This document shows positions 48,076-61,716 of a stretch of 64,000 bases of DNA, one piece after another. The stretch spans positions 186,001 to 250,000 of the forward strand of contig NIVC01001551.1 in assembly GCA_002269645.1 (NCBI GenBank). The letters run 5' to 3'. The position numbers were made by a program, and so were the translations under genes. The DNA comes from Macrostomum lignano. Its lineage: Eukaryota. The first letter of the stretch is position 1. Each line of letters begins with the position of its first letter. Under the pieces are notes generated by a model that did no database searches, was not told the DNA's origin, and was given only the letters and a program-made list of their open reading frames with translations.

Positions 48076-48239
48076 ATAGGGAGAGGGGTGGTTGTGGGGA
48101 GTGGGTTGGGTTTGGGAAGTGAGGTGAGTGTTGGAAGTGCATTGGATGTGAGCAGAGAATTTGGCGTGGGAAGTGAGTTGGGTGGGGGAAGTAGAGCTAA
48201 TCCAGCAGGGATTCGAACCCGGGCCCGTCTAGCCCGTAC

Positions 48240-48549
48240 CAGGAACACGGCGGAGAGAATCTGCAGAGACAGCAGACAGTAGTCCAGCTCGTCAAGCCGG
48301 ATGGCGGCGGGACTGCTGACCCTGCCCTGCAGCAGAGCCGGGTCCTTGTTCAGAAAGTAGAACAGCTTGTTCACCACGCAGCGGAACAGATCGTCCGTCT
48401 CCCAGAACAGCTTCTTGACGGGATAGCCGCGATCAAGGCTGAGCTTCAGCTCGAATAGAAAGCCGAAGGCCTCCTGCATGTTGCCCTGGGTGCGCAGGAT
48501 GTCGGTTCGCAGCTCCCTGTGTTGTTTGGGTTTCAGGGACAAGTTATGC
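48240..48549 (-). CDS. C12orf56: C12orf56/DUF4551-like, exon 3 of 5
   Basis: gtgcacag|G CAT; [32 protein letters not shown]...[15 protein letters not shown] resembles C12orf56 LKRLFWKTSDLFYFIVNKL...VDELVAC; donor CTG|GTACGG. Confidence 0.85.
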
Positions 48550-48552
48550 CTG

Positions 48553-49222
48553 TGCACAGTAAGCACCCGTGTGAGTACAGTAAGCACCCGTGTGAGTACA
48601 GTAAGCACCAGCGTATGTACAGTAAGCACCCGTGTGTGCACAGTAAGCACCCGTGTGAGTACAGTAAGCACCCGTGTGAGTACAGTAAGCACCAGCGTAT
48701 GTACAGTAAGCACCCGTGTGTGTACAGTAAGCACCTGTGTGAGTACAGTAAGCACCCGTGTGAGTACAGTAAGCACCAGCGTATGTACAGTAAGCACCCG
48801 TGTATGTACAGTAAGCACCCGTGTGTGTACAGTAAGCACCAGCGTATGTACAGTAAGCACCCGTGTGAGTACAGTAAGCACCAGCGTATGTACTGTAAGC
48901 ACCCGTGTGTGTACAGTAAGCACCAGCGTATGTACAGTAAGCACCAGCGTATGTACAATAAGCACCCGAATGTATACGATAAGCACCCGAATATGTACAA
49001 TAGGCACCCGAATGTGTACAGCAAGCACCCGAACCCGAATGTGTACAGTGAGCACCCGTGTGAGTACAGTAAGCACCCGAATGCGTACAGTAAGCACCTG
49101 AATGTGTACAGCAAGCACCCTAATGTGTACAGTAAGCACCTGTGTGAGTACAGTAAGCACCCGTGTGAGTACTGTAAGCATCCTAATGTGTATAGTAAGC
49201 ACCCGAATGTGTACAGTAAGCA
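48553..49222. repeat. 21-bp-type minisatellite (GTACAGTAAGCACCCGTGTGA) filling C12orf56-like intron 2
   Basis: Tandem units running right up to the acceptor. Confidence 0.95.
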
Positions 49223-49256
49223 TCTGCTTGTGCAGGCAGGCACCCGCCAGTCTCAC

Positions 49257-49889
49257 CTGAACAGCTGTGTCAGGTGGGCGCTGCTCAAACTCGCTGGCGG
49301 TCGCTTCGTTCGCCCACGCCCTCTCCGCTCCCGTCCGTTAGGCGTCCTTGGCGTAGTCGAGTCAACAAATTCGTCGTCCATATCGAGAGTGCCGAGCAGG
49401 GTGGCCATCTGCCAGGTGTTGCGCAGGTGCAGGAAGGCGACGGACCGAGACGATGAGAAGACGTTGCACAGAATTCGGAAACTGCGAGTGGCTGCGACTG
49501 CTGTTGAACTGCCGTCGACGGCTGAGGTTGGAACACCGGAGGGTCGCGGGTTCGAGTCGCCGTTAACTAAAGGAGTCAACTCAGGCTGTTGAGATTGCTG
49601 AAGCTGCTGCGACTGAGGCGTCGAAGAAGTCGCTGAGGGGTCCTCAGCAGCAGGCGGCACATTTTTTCGTCGTCTCGGAAGACAGCCGCCGGGGCGCTGC
49701 TGCTGCTGCCCTGCCGGAGCTGCGGGGTCCGCCTGCGGCTCTGCAGGAGCGGCTGGAGGTGGCGGCTCGGTTGGAGAGGTGGCCTCTGCTGCCGCCGCCT
49801 GCCGCCGCTTGCGGCCAAAGCAGCCGCCGCCGCCGTCGGTCTTGTCGTCGCCATTCTCGGCTGCAGCCGATGGTCCATCTGGCAGCTCT
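49257..49889 (-). CDS. C12orf56: C12orf56/DUF4551-like, exon 2 of 5
   Basis: cacctag|A GAG; low-complexity linker then [19 protein letters not shown] (cf. SIFLHLKSSW...ATLL); donor AG|GTGAGA. Confidence 0.8.
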
Positions 49890-49923
49890 CTAGGTGTCGG
49901 AGGCGGTCGGTTCGGTGTGATTG

Positions 49924-49942
49924 ATCTATGTATCTATCTATC

Positions 49943-50028
<86 letters not shown>

Positions 50029-50133
50029 GTATCTATCTATCTATGTATCTATCTATCTATCTATGTATCTATCTATGTATCTATCTATCTATGTATCTAT
50101 CTATGTATCTATCTGTCTATCTATCTAGCTATG

Positions 50134-50164
<31 letters not shown>

Positions 50165-50194
50165 GTATCTATCTATCTATCTATCTATCTATCA

Positions 50195-50268
<74 letters not shown>

Positions 50269-50373
50269 GTATCTATCTATCTATGTATCTATCTATCTAT
50301 CTATGTATCTATCTATGTATCTATCTATCTATCTATCTATCTATGTATCTATCTGTCTATCTATCTAGCTATG

Positions 50374-50404
<31 letters not shown>

Positions 50405-50639
50405 GTATCTATCTATGTATCTATCTATCTATCTATGTATCTATGTATCTACTATCTATCTATCTATGTATCTATGTATCTATCTATCTATCTATGTATC
50501 TATCTATCTATCTATCTATCTATCGATGTATCTATCTATCTATCTATGTATCTATGTATCTACTATCTATCTATCTATGTATCTATCTATCTATGTATCT
50601 ATCTATGTATCTATCTATCTATCTATGAATCTATCTATG

Positions 50640-50674
<35 letters not shown>

Positions 50675-50675
50675 G

Positions 50676-50742
<67 letters not shown>

Positions 50743-50819
50743 GTATGTATCTATCTATGTATGTATCTATCTATGTATCTATCTATCTATCTATGTATGT
50801 ATCTATCTATCTATGTATG

Positions 50820-50862
<43 letters not shown>

Positions 50863-50888
50863 GTATCTATCTATGTATGTATGTATCT
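49924..50888. repeat. (TATC)n/(TATG)n microsatellite
   Basis: Direct reading. Confidence 0.98.
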
Positions 50889-51336
50889 ATTGCGTCTATT
50901 GCGTACTATGTATCTATACCAACTGCGTCTCGCGTGGCCTGTCTGGCTACCCAATTAATTACTGTATATGAATTCAATAGTTACATCTAATTATTTACAC
51001 TTATTTATGCAAAGTTCTCAGTGCTCTGTATTAATTTAATATTTGTTTTTTTCTACGGGCGTAATTAACTTATTTGTTGAACTTTTCAAGATGCTTAGTC
51101 ATACACTTCTACGCTTTAAATCTGGTTTTCTATAGCACCTAACATATTTATTTTTGTGCAAGGCTTTAGCTGCAAGACTTTAACCAATCAGCGTGCTTCA
51201 ACTCACGTTTTTAACTAATTATACGTACACATCTTTACTTAACACTGCTCAGTGCACCCCCAAAAGTCGCATATATATATTGAAATTATGTTAAAATAAC
51301 TTCACAGCCAATATATTTGTTTTTAAACCCGAATAA

Positions 51337-51381
51337 ATAAACCCTGACGAAGGCCCAGTCCAGGCCGAAATATCGGTTTAT
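51337..51381 (+). ncRNA. Minimal type I hammerhead ribozyme motif (Penelope-like retroelement type)
   Basis: ATAAACC-CTGACGA-A-GGCC-cagtcca-GGCC-GAAA-TA-TC-GGTTTAT: perfect 7-bp stem I, core CUGAnGA and GAAA, 4-bp stem II, palindromic ATAT stem III, AUC cleavage triplet. Confidence 0.75.
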
Positions 51382-51451
51382 GAATATTCGACAACTAACG
51401 TTCTTCAATATTTCCGTGTGTGTGGTTTGCAGTTTGAAGCTGCCTTTTGCA

Positions 51452-52060
<609 letters not shown>

Positions 52061-52379
52061 ACTATATTATTATTGTATTTTTCTTAATGGTTTTTAGCAT
52101 TCCGAGATACTCGATAATAAATAATGTTTGATGCAATGCATTCTGCTAACATCTGTTCTCTTAGACTAAAAGACGGTACTTTCGCTTTTACCCATTTCCT
52201 GCGAAATTTAAACAAAAAGTAATTAGAAAAAAAACCCTACGGTTTAGTTGCGAGTCAAACACATACAAAAAACCAGCGAGAAAATGAGCCTTTAAATCAT
52301 TTTTTCCATGAAACGCGCGTTTAACTTCCCGTTGCAAATTTCTAGCGCTCCTTGGTTACTCATAGAAACAGAAACTAAC

Positions 52380-52813
52380 CCGGAAGTCAAAGTGCCACTT
52401 TCAGAGCCTCTGTTGACAGCCGCTTTCTTGGCGGCGACGTCTTCCCCGTTTTCAAGCCCGACGACATCGTCGTCGTAGTCATCTTCCTCCGAGTCGTCGG
52501 CCGCGCCGCCTGGCCGGCAGGTGATCAGCAGAGTCTGGACGCGGTACTCCTCGGCGAGGCCAAGCCGCGGCGTCTTCACGATGGCGATGTCGGCCACCCG
52601 GCGGAGGCTGACGGCCAGCCGCATTGTCGAGCACTTGACGTCGGAGAAGTAGATGGACTCGCCGACTAGCAGGAAGTAGGCCTCCTCGGGCGAAGATTTT
52701 CCGCCGCTGGCCTCGTCGGTGAGAACTCGCTCGAAACAGCGGAGCTTGTCGCTCTTGCCAGGCAGGCTGCGCTTCAGGTGCTCTTTGAGCACGATATTGT
52801 CCAGACTGGTCAT
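52380..52813 (-). CDS. C12orf56: C12orf56/DUF4551-like, exon 1 of 5
   Basis: MTSLDNIVLKEHLKRSLP...YFLLVGESIYFSD...RLAVSLRRVADIAIV (cf. LDVFLRRHL...YVVLSDRLVYLTE...RRVVALRDVVAIDLI); donor GG|GTTAGT; five exons total 2100 nt = 699 aa. Confidence 0.8.
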
Positions 52814-53804
52814 TTGCCACGTACATGAATTTAATCGGAATTGATTTTTAATTTTTTTATCTTAAATAAGTATTCATTTGCGATTTAATATACCATATTG
52901 AATAAGCTTATTAAAACGAATAGGTAATAAATAATACAGATGTTCTCAATAAATATAATTTTTTAATAAGCCTTTAAAGAAGTTTTTGTATCAAAGTGCT
53001 AGTTAGATTTTTGGGATTTCTAGAATTGTTGGATATTAAAATATAAATTAATTATCACACAATAGCTATGAACCTCATTTTATGCGAATCAAAAGATTTT
53101 TAACTAGCATAAAAAACTCTGACAGTATGAACAACATAATATAAAACTTTGAATCACTATGCCAAATTGAGAATTAGTAAATTTTTACTTTGCCTTTATT
53201 TCTACAATGTGTTATGCCTAGCAGGTAAGCAGGATGATAGATATGTTGTTTGATATTATTGGTTAATCAAAATGTTTTTTGTAAAGAATGAAAGCTGGCG
53301 AAAAATAATTTTCTTTTTCTAAAATATTCTAATAAATGCAACATTAATTCATTATAAAATATATTTGAATTTATAAGTGCATGTATGCATCAACAATGCA
53401 TTGTTGTGCTTTGTACAAATAGTTAAAGAAATTTTCACTAATACACTATCATTAAACGTATCGTTCATTAGTTGCTATTCCATTTCAGAGAAATAATAAG
53501 TATGATTATGATATGAAGTATGAACTGATATATTAAAACTAGCTACGCTCGTATATTGAAATTTAATAACATCCGATGACTCAAACTGAACATGTGTCGT
53601 TTGCAATAGATTCAGATGAACGGGGAATAATCTTTACTTATGAATACGACGTAATCTTTTAAAAAACCTGAACTTTTATTTAGAAAACAATATAAATATA
53701 TTACTTTTTGTAGATTCGGAATTTTTGTTTTATTTTTCTTCGGTGTAGCGTTTCAGCAATCAGCGTTTCAGCAATCGGAGCTTTTGTTTCAAGTCACTTA
53801 TGAA

Positions 53805-54001
53805 CAGGGGCGTAGGGAGGGGGATAGGGGGATGTACCCCCCCCCCCGAAGAGCCTGACCAAAACTTTTTTGTTGGCCCTTTGTTGCTATACATGCTACC
53901 ATATTACTCTGTCATAGCACTTTTACCTTGGTGTATCCCCCCGTAGAAAATTCACCTTGGTGTTATCCCCCCGTAGCCGGAAATTCCTGGCTATGCCCCT
54001 G
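53805..54001. mobile_element. hAT-like MITE, 197 bp
   Basis: TIR CAGGGGC(G/A)TAG, 10/11; TSD CTTATGAA at 53797-53804 and 54002-54009 (nTnnnnAn). Confidence 0.85.
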
Positions 54002-54112
54002 CTTATGAATATAGGTTTCTCGGATAAATATACTATTTTTCCGATTTTTACTCCTAAATTACTTTAAAAATTCTTTTTTGCCTAATCGCTTGTCATGCAA
54101 TGACATGTATTA

Positions 54113-54230
54113 TCTAAATATACTAAATCTCTAAGGTTTGTATGCTTGAATGAATGAATGTCCATAACGCTCTAGAGACTGCAATTCTTCACCGATTTTG
54201 ATCGCGTTTTCGCCAAAATCATTCTACTAT
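54113..54230 (+). mobile_element. Helitron-like 5' end (3' end uncertain)
   Basis: A|TCTAAATATACTAAATCTC...GAATGAATGAATGTCC...ACCGATTTTGATC resembles the sequence after the CTAG junctions at 2430 and 5822. Confidence 0.4.
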
Positions 54231-56184
54231 TTTTCAAGTTGTTGAATATACTGAAGCTGCATGGTTGAACGAAAAGACGAATGATCAGAATTGAAAACAA
54301 TATTTCACTTTACAGGCCCTGAATCTGACTAATAATGGACTCGAATATGTTGGGAAAATGCAAACATTTATTTAACTATCATGAATGCGAGTAGCGCTCC
54401 AGATCTACTATAAACTATGACGATAATGAAATACCAAAATTGATTTGTATTTGAGCTAAGTTAAACAAAAAGACTACATGAAATTATGCGCATTTCCAGG
54501 TCCTTCGATAGAATTAGGAAATCGATATGAAATAAGGATCGATGGATTGCTATAAGCAGCGAAATGTCGATTATAGCTGAATTATGGCATTTACTATACG
54601 ATGGTCGAATTATCAATGCATGTATGCCTTTCAATCAACCCTTTTTCTTTAGAGAATAAGAGCGTTCTAGCTACAAGTATGTAGTAGTCAGTATATAGTA
54701 AATGCTACTGAATGTACCGCGAGCGTGTACATGTAATTCGTACAAGCTACTAATTGAGTACGTATAGATGCTTCCTTCCCCGTTCCAAAAAAGCAAATTA
54801 AGTGAGCAACTCCCGAGAAGGTTCTGTTGAAGATCAGTGCAAAAGCAAAATAAGAAACCAAAAAACAGAGTCGATATATTTTTTGTTTAACGTTTTAAGT
54901 CACGAAAACGATTCTAGAGGCATGCAGAAATTACTCACAAGTGCACATTTTTATCATAGTAGAAATTTTTATTAGAAATTTGGTCAGCCGCAGCTTATAT
55001 AGGCATGCAGAGTCCGGCTAATATCACAAAAACACCAAATAAAGGACAAACAAAAGGCTGAGTCAAAAAAACAGATGGTGGTTGGTCGTGGGATTCATGC
55101 GTTAAAATCAAAACTGAGCGATCGTAAAAACGCGCGGTTATTTAAGCTCGATTAATTTATCCAGTTGCTTGGCAACAATTAAAGTTGCAGTGCGGTGCAG
55201 CTGTTGCCAACTGTACAGAGAATTACTAAGCTCGATAGTGAGGCATCTGTGAAACGCCAAGGTGGCTCGGCAATGGCAACAGGCAGGCATGCAGGCTGGC
55301 AAGTGCAGACAATCTGCATTGCTGCATGGTTGCAGGCATTGTGATTCCTTTGATCGATAAAACTAATGCCAGAAATCAAACGCACAAAATTTAAACTAAA
55401 ATAAGTGTGAGCGCATGCTTTGACGCCTACTGTGAGAGTGTGAGTAGCAATATTCGACAGTGCAAGTAAAATATATGAGAGAAACTGTAAAGCATTCAGC
55501 ATTGACTCCCGCCTTCGGTGCCTATCCTATTAGAGAGACATAAAACCACCTTAATTAGATAGACATTAGCAAAGGTGACATTTTGAATTAAAATCAATAA
55601 TATGTGTAAGATGGCCATCTAATATGGGATTAATTAGATAGGATAAAAGGGGAAGGCAAAATTTCAACCGAGGCTTACATTACAGAAAACAGCAAAAAAA
55701 CAGCAAGTAAAGAGGGGACGCGGACACAGCACGCATTGCTATGGACACGAGTCTGCATTGATTTCGGTGCATTGTTGCGTTGAAGGCCGCGAGAATTCAG
55801 TTAAAAAACAACTGCTTCTGCTTCAGCAGGCCATGAGCACGAGTCATTTTGTATTCAATTGAGGTTTGGATGCGCAATGGTCAAATAGAAGTGACAGACA
55901 AAGTCTAAAACTGCTAAACAAGATTGCCCGGCAAGATGAACGAGTAAAAAATAAATTTATAAAAAAGATTTCTAATGGGTAAGCAAACAGCTTTGAATTG
56001 AAAAAAGGTGCACTCAATAAAGTACTTCATCATTACATGGTGCTGCAGAAAGGGCAGTATTTACAAATTCATTGGTGAGACAGTCGGGTTCAGTGAGACA
56101 GCGAAACACCGCATTGAGTGAGTTGCAGGTATATAAGATTATTTGATTGCAGTTTTTACGGGGAGAGAAAGGGATAGGGCAGCG

Positions 56185-56325
56185 GACAGACAGGCAGACA
56201 GGCAGACAGACAGGCAGACCGACACAGTCAGACAGACACTAAGACAAACAGACAGACACTAAGACAGACAGACAGACACAGACAGACAGACACTGAGACA
56301 GACACTAAGACAGACACTAAAACAG

Positions 56326-56360
<35 letters not shown>

Positions 56361-56379
56361 GACAGGCAGACAGACAGAA

Positions 56380-56422
<43 letters not shown>

Positions 56423-56423
56423 A

Positions 56424-56480
<57 letters not shown>

Positions 56481-56580
56481 GGCAGGCAGACAGACAGACA
56501 GACAGACAGACAGGCAGACAGACAGACAGACAGGCAGACAGACAGACAGACAGGCAGACAGACAGACAGACAGACAGGCA
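56185..56580. repeat. (GACA)n/(GGCA)n microsatellite just 3' of the Frizzled stop
   Basis: Direct reading. Confidence 0.97.
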
Positions 56581-56615
56581 GGAGCCGCAGGGATGGTCAG
56601 TCAGGGGCGCAGCTG

Positions 56616-57398
56616 TCAGACGTGAGACATCTGGTTGCCAGCCGACTGCGGCAGCAGCGGCAGCGGCGGCTGCCCCGGGGCCTGGCTGAACTTGTAGTGC
56701 GACCGCGGGTCCCCAGTCAGGCTGACAGCAGCAGCCGACGCCGCCGCCTGCGCCTGCGCCGCAGCGCCGCCGTCAAGGACGAAGTGATGACCGCCAGCTG
56801 ATGGGCGGCTGTAGGCTCCGCCGCCGCCACCGCCGCCACCGCCGCCGCCGCAGCCGGTGCAGCAGAACAGGCGGCCAAGAAACTGACGCCAGGTGTGCAG
56901 AGTCTTGCCGGACCAGACCCACACCCCGCTGGTGATGCCAACGGCCAGCTGCATGAACTGGCGCAGCATGAACACGCCGTACTCCGGCTCCGCGGCGGGC
57001 TTCTCCCCCGGGCAGCGGCAGGCCTTGTCCTGCAGCCAGCGCTCACGCATCTGCGACTCGTAGAAATGGCAGGCGATGACCACGGAGGCTGGCAGGGTGT
57101 ACAGGATGGAGAAGATCCCGATGCGGATCATCAGCTTCTCCAGCTTGTAGGTCTTGGCGCTGGCCTGCTGCTTGATGACCGACCGGATGCGGAACAGGGC
57201 CACGAAGCCGGTGAGCAGGAAGACGCTGCCGATGAGCAGGTAGGTAACCAGGGGCAGCAGCACGAACAGGCGCATGGCGGTGAGGTTCGTGTTGCCAACA
57301 GAGCAGATTCCGGAGATCGGGTCGCCGTCAACTAGGGAGAAGGTCAGGACCAGGATGAACTTCACGATTGGCAGCACCCAGGCGATGCAGTGGAACAC
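56616..57398 (-). CDS. FZD5/8: Frizzled-5/8, last exon (TM4-TM7, KTxxxW, PDZ-binding end)
   Basis: ccgcag|GTG; [57 protein letters not shown], ends QMSHV*. Confidence 0.95.
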   Translation of the reverse strand: MFHCIAWVLPIVKFILVLTFSLVDGDPISGICSVGNTNLTAMRLFVLLPLVTYLLIGSVFLLTGFVALFRIRSVIKQQASAKTYKLEKLMIRIGIFSILYTLPASVVIACHFYESQMRERWLQDKACRCPGEKPAAEPEYGVFMLRQFMQLAVGITSGVWVWSGKTLHTWRQFLGRLFCCTGCGGGGGGGGGGGAYSRPSAGGHHFVLDGGAAAQAQAAASAAAVSLTGDPRSHYKFSQAPGQPPLPLLPQSAGNQMSHV

Positions 57399-57542
57399 CT
57401 GCGGCGGGAGGTGGGAGTGGAGCTTTGAGTAATCGATATTTTTTACTGAATATTATTGATTTGTCAACTGCAAGGTAAAAAAATATTTATTACTACTTTG
57501 TGCGAATTTTTGAGAATAGAAAACTGCCTATCATTTGCCCGC

Positions 57543-58328
57543 TCCTCTCCTCTCCTCTCCTCTCCTCTCCTCTCCTCTCCTCTCCTCTCCTCTCCTCTCC
57601 TCTCCTCTCCTCTCCTCTCCTCTCCTCTCCTCTCCTCTCCTCTCCTCTCCTCTCCTCTCCTCTCCTCTCCTCTCCTCTCCTCTCCTCTCCTCTCCTCTCC
57701 TCTCCTCTCCTCTCCTCTCCTCTCCTCTCCTCTCCTCTCCTCTCCTCTCCTCTCCTCTCCTCTCCTCTCCTCTCCTCTCCTCTCCTCTCCTCTCCTCTCC
57801 TCTCCTCTCCTCTCCTCTCCTCTCCTCTCCTCTCCTCTCCTCTCCTCTCCTCTCCTCTCCTCTCCTCTCCTCTCCTCTCCTCTCCTCTCCTCTCCTCTCC
57901 TCTCCTCTCCTCCTCTCCTCTCCTCTCCTCTCCTCTCCTCTCCTCTCCTCTCCTCTCCTCTCCTCTCCATCTCCATCCCATCCCATCCCATCCCATCCAT
58001 CCCATCTCATCCCATCCCATCCCATCCCATCCCATCCCATCCATCCATCCCATCTCATCCCATCCCATCCCATCCCATCCCATCCCATCCATCCCATCCC
58101 ATCTCATCCCATCCCATCCCATCCCATCCCATCCCATCCCATCCCATCCCATCCCATCCCATCCATCCCATCCCAACCCATCCCATCCCATCCCATCCCA
58201 TCCCATCCATCCCATCCCATCCATCCCATCCCATCCCATCCCATCCCATCCCCCATCCCATCCCATCCCATCCCATCCCATCCCATCCCATCCCATCCCA
58301 TCCCAACCCATCCCATCCCATCCCATCT
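57543..58328. repeat. Compound (CTCCT)n then (CCATC)n pentanucleotide microsatellite filling a Frizzled intron
   Basis: Abrupt motif switch near 57968. Confidence 0.98.
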
Positions 58329-58381
58329 CCTAATTCCAAGCCAAAGCATCGCCAAGCGCAGCCGCAGCGCTGCAGTCTCAC

Positions 58382-59004
58382 CTCGCTGTACTTGGCGATG
58401 GCCTCGCTGCCCCACTTGAGCCCGGCCGCCAGGAACCAGGCCACGCACAGCATGACCCACCACACGCAGCTGGCCATGCCGAACAGGTAGGTCAGCAGGA
58501 ACACCACGGTGCACAGCCACGGTCCAGACGATCCGTAGCGCAGCACCCGACCGTCGCAGGCGATGGTCTGCGGTCCCACGGCCAGGCGGACAATGTAACC
58601 AGCTGACACCATGACGTAACAGGCAGACAGCATCACAATGGGCCGCTCTGGATAGTTGAACCGCTTAGAGTTAATTAGAAAGGTGAGCACAGTAACGGTG
58701 GAACTGACGGCGCACAATATCGACCACATGCCGATCCAGACGCTCGCGAACTGCCGGTCACGATCCTTCTCGGAGAAGAACAGCCCCTCGCAGGGCATGG
58801 CGCAGTTCGGTAGGCCGGCAGTGTACACCTTGTTGTAGTGTGCCTCGTTCTCCGTCAGCTGCACCAGCGGCGCCTGGCAGTGGCACTCGCAGGAGGCCGG
58901 CGCCGAGCCGTATGAGGTGTCCGTGTCTGGTGGCAGCGTGGTGACCGGCTGCGAGGTACTCGTGTGGTTGACGTCCATGCACAGCGTGTCAGGATCGCCG
59001 TAGT
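58382..59004 (-). CDS. FZD5/8: Frizzled-5/8, middle exon (linker, TM1-TM3)
   Basis: ccgcag|AC TAC; DPDTLCMD, NCAMPC, FASVWIGMWSILC, RFNYPERPIVMLSACY, WWVMLCVAWFLAAGLKWGSEAI; GAG|GTGAGA. Confidence 0.95.
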
Positions 59005-59044
59005 CTGCGGTGGAGAGACAGGACACTGTTGGGGTGGTGCTGCC

Positions 59045-60780
59045 TTACTGCTGTTGGGTCATGGTTATCCCCGGTGGGTCAGGGTTCTGTCCAATGGGTC
59101 AGGGTTCTCTCCAATGGGTCATGGTTATCACCGGCGGGTCAGGGTTCTCTCCAATGGGTCATGGCTATCACCGGTGGGTCAGGGTTCCTTCCAATGGGTC
59201 ATGGTTATCACCGGCGGGTCAGGGTTCTCTCCAATGGGTCATGGCTATCACCGGTGGGTCAGGGTTCCTTCCAATGGGTCATGGTTATCACCGGCGGGTC
59301 ACGGTTCTCCCCAATGGGTCATGGTTATCACCGGCGGGTCAGGGTTCTCTCCAATGGGTCATGGTTATCACCGGCGGGTCAGGGTTCTCTCCAATGGGTC
59401 ATGGCTATCACCGGTGGGTCAGGGTTCCTTCCAATGGGTCATGGTTATCACCGGCGGGTCAGGGTTCTCTCCAATGGGTCATGGCTATCACCGGTGGGTC
59501 AGGGTTCCTTCCAATGGGTCATGGTTATCACCGGCGGGTCACGGTTCTCCCCAATGGGTCATGGTTATCACCGGCGGGTCAGGGTTCTCTCCAATGGGTC
59601 ATGGTTATCACTAATGGGTCAGGGTTCTCTCCAATGGGTCATGGTTATCACCAATGGGTCAGGGTTCTGTCCAATGGGTCAGGGTTCTCTCCAATGGGTC
59701 ATGGTTATCACCAATGGGTCAGGGTTCTGTCCAATGGGTCAGGGTTCTCTCCAATGGGTCATGGTTATCACTAATGGGTCAGGGTTCTCTCCAATGGGTC
59801 ATGATTATCACCGGCGGGTCAGGGTTCTCTCCAATGGGTCATGGTTATCACCAATGGGTCAGGGTTCTGTCCAATGGGTCAGGGTTCTCTCCAATGGGTC
59901 ATGGTTATCACCAATGGGTCAGGATTCTCTCCAATGGGTCAGGGTTCTCTCCAATGGGTCATGGTTGTCACCAATGGGTCAGGGTTCTCTCCAATGGGTC
60001 ATGGTTATCACCAATGGGTCAGGGTTCTCTCCAATGGGTCATGGTTATCACCGGCGGGTTGGGGTTCTCTCCAATGGGTCATGGTTATCACCGGCGGGTC
60101 AGGGTTCTCTCCAATGGGTCAGGGTTCTCTCCAATGGGTCATGGTTATCACCAATGGGTCAGGGTTCTCTCCAATGGGTCAGGGTTCTCACCGGCGGGTC
60201 AGGATTCTCTCCAATGGGTTAGGGTTCTCTCCAATGGGTCAGGGTTCTCTCCAATGGGTCATGGTTATCACCGGCGGGTCAGGGTTCTCTCCAATGGGTC
60301 ATGGTTATCACCGGCGGGTCAGGATTCTCTCCAATGGGTCAGGGTTCTCTCCAATGGGTCATGGTTATCACCAATGGGTCAGGGTTTTCTCCAATGGATC
60401 ATGGTTATCACCGGCGGGTCAGGGTTCTCTCCAATGGGTCAGGGTTCTCTCCAATGGGTCAGGGTTCTCTTCAATGGGTCAGGGTTCTCACCGGCGGGTC
60501 AGGATTCTCTCCAATGGGTCATGGTTATCACCGGCGGGTCAGGGTTCTCTCCAATGGGTCAGGGTTCTCTCCAATGGGTCATGGTTATCACCAATGGGTC
60601 AGGATTCTCTCCAATGGGTCATGGTTATCACCAATGGGTCAGGATTCTCTCCAATGGGTCATGGTTATCACCAATGGGTCAGGGTTCTCTCCAATGGGTC
60701 ATGGTTATCACCGGCGGGTCAGGGTTCTCTCCAATGGGTCATGGTTATCACCGGCGGGTTGGGGTTCTCTTCAATGGGTC
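59045..60780. repeat. Minisatellite built from two 20-bp units (CAATGGGTCATGGTTATCAC / CAATGGGTCAGGGTTCTCTC) with higher-order order
   Basis: Alternating units; source of ORFs 58964-60877. Confidence 0.95.
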
Positions 60781-61529
60781 AGGCTTATGTCTAGTTAAGT
60801 CAAAGACCTTTCCAATGGATCAAGATTTGCGTAAAAAGGTCGAGTTTTATTCTCAGTGGCTGATAGAATCAAGTTAGTCACAGATGAGTAATCTCGAACA
60901 ACCTCCCCTCCCTATAAAAGGTCTGTAAAAGTGAAGCTCAAAAATTTCCCATTCAGAAGGAGAGTCAGGCTGAAAGCTCCCAGAGACTTGGCTGGTGGAG
61001 TACCTGCTGCGGAGGCTTGGGGTGCCTCTAAAAAACTACTCTTTCTATTTTTGTATCTCAATGGGCCGATGCGACCCCATTGTGCCGGCTCAAAGCTAAG
61101 AGGAAAGGGGAAGTGGCTGCCGCTGTGGACTCGGCATTTTTTACTTTTTTTAAAAGAAACTCATTTTTTCTTGCCCGATGAGGACAATGCAAGCGTTTTG
61201 CTGTGTCGGCGACAAAAAATTCTTGGGATGATGCGCTGCCTACCTATTCTCCCTCTTCAGCTCCTCCAGTTGGTCCCTTCTTGAAAAAGAAGGCACAATG
61301 GGGCCTGCAGCTTATTTATTCATTTCAAAGCGGCAAAGAGGTGGGACCGGCTGGCCGGGTGGCTGCGGACATCAATAGACGTGTTGCCGACGGAATGAAA
61401 TATGAAATTTTTGTTTCCAGAAATTTCCCTCACCATCTCTATTCTATACTTGTATGCTAATGAGAGAGCGGCATGCCAAAAACCTTTGTCTCCTTGCTTG
61501 TTATGTCTGCTGTAGCTAAACATAGACTT

Positions 61530-61712
61530 ATTGGTAGATAGATCTGACCAATTGGTAGATAGATCTGACCAATTGGTAGATAGATTTGACCAATCGGTAG
61601 ATAGATCTGCTCAATCGGTAGATAGATCTGTTAAATCGGTAGATAGATCTGCTCAATCGGTAGGTAGATCTGCTCAATCGGTAGGTAGATCTGCTCAATC
61701 GGTAGGTAGATC
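61530..61712. repeat. 21-bp repeat (CAATCGGTAGATAGATCTGCT)n abutting a Frizzled donor
   Basis: About 8 units. Confidence 0.9.
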
Positions 61713-61716
61713 TCAC

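Noticed and set aside
48200-48235. GGTTCGAATCCC B-box-like motif (minus strand)
   Set aside because: No A box or cloverleaf; lies at the start of an intron.
47313-49256. 647-aa single ORF
   Set aside because: Read-through of repeat-filled introns 2-3 plus exons 3-4 of the C12orf56-like gene; the start lies inside intron 2.
57456-60877. ORFs of SSPLL, GMGWD and GSGFSPMG type
   Set aside because: Intronic repeats of Frizzled.
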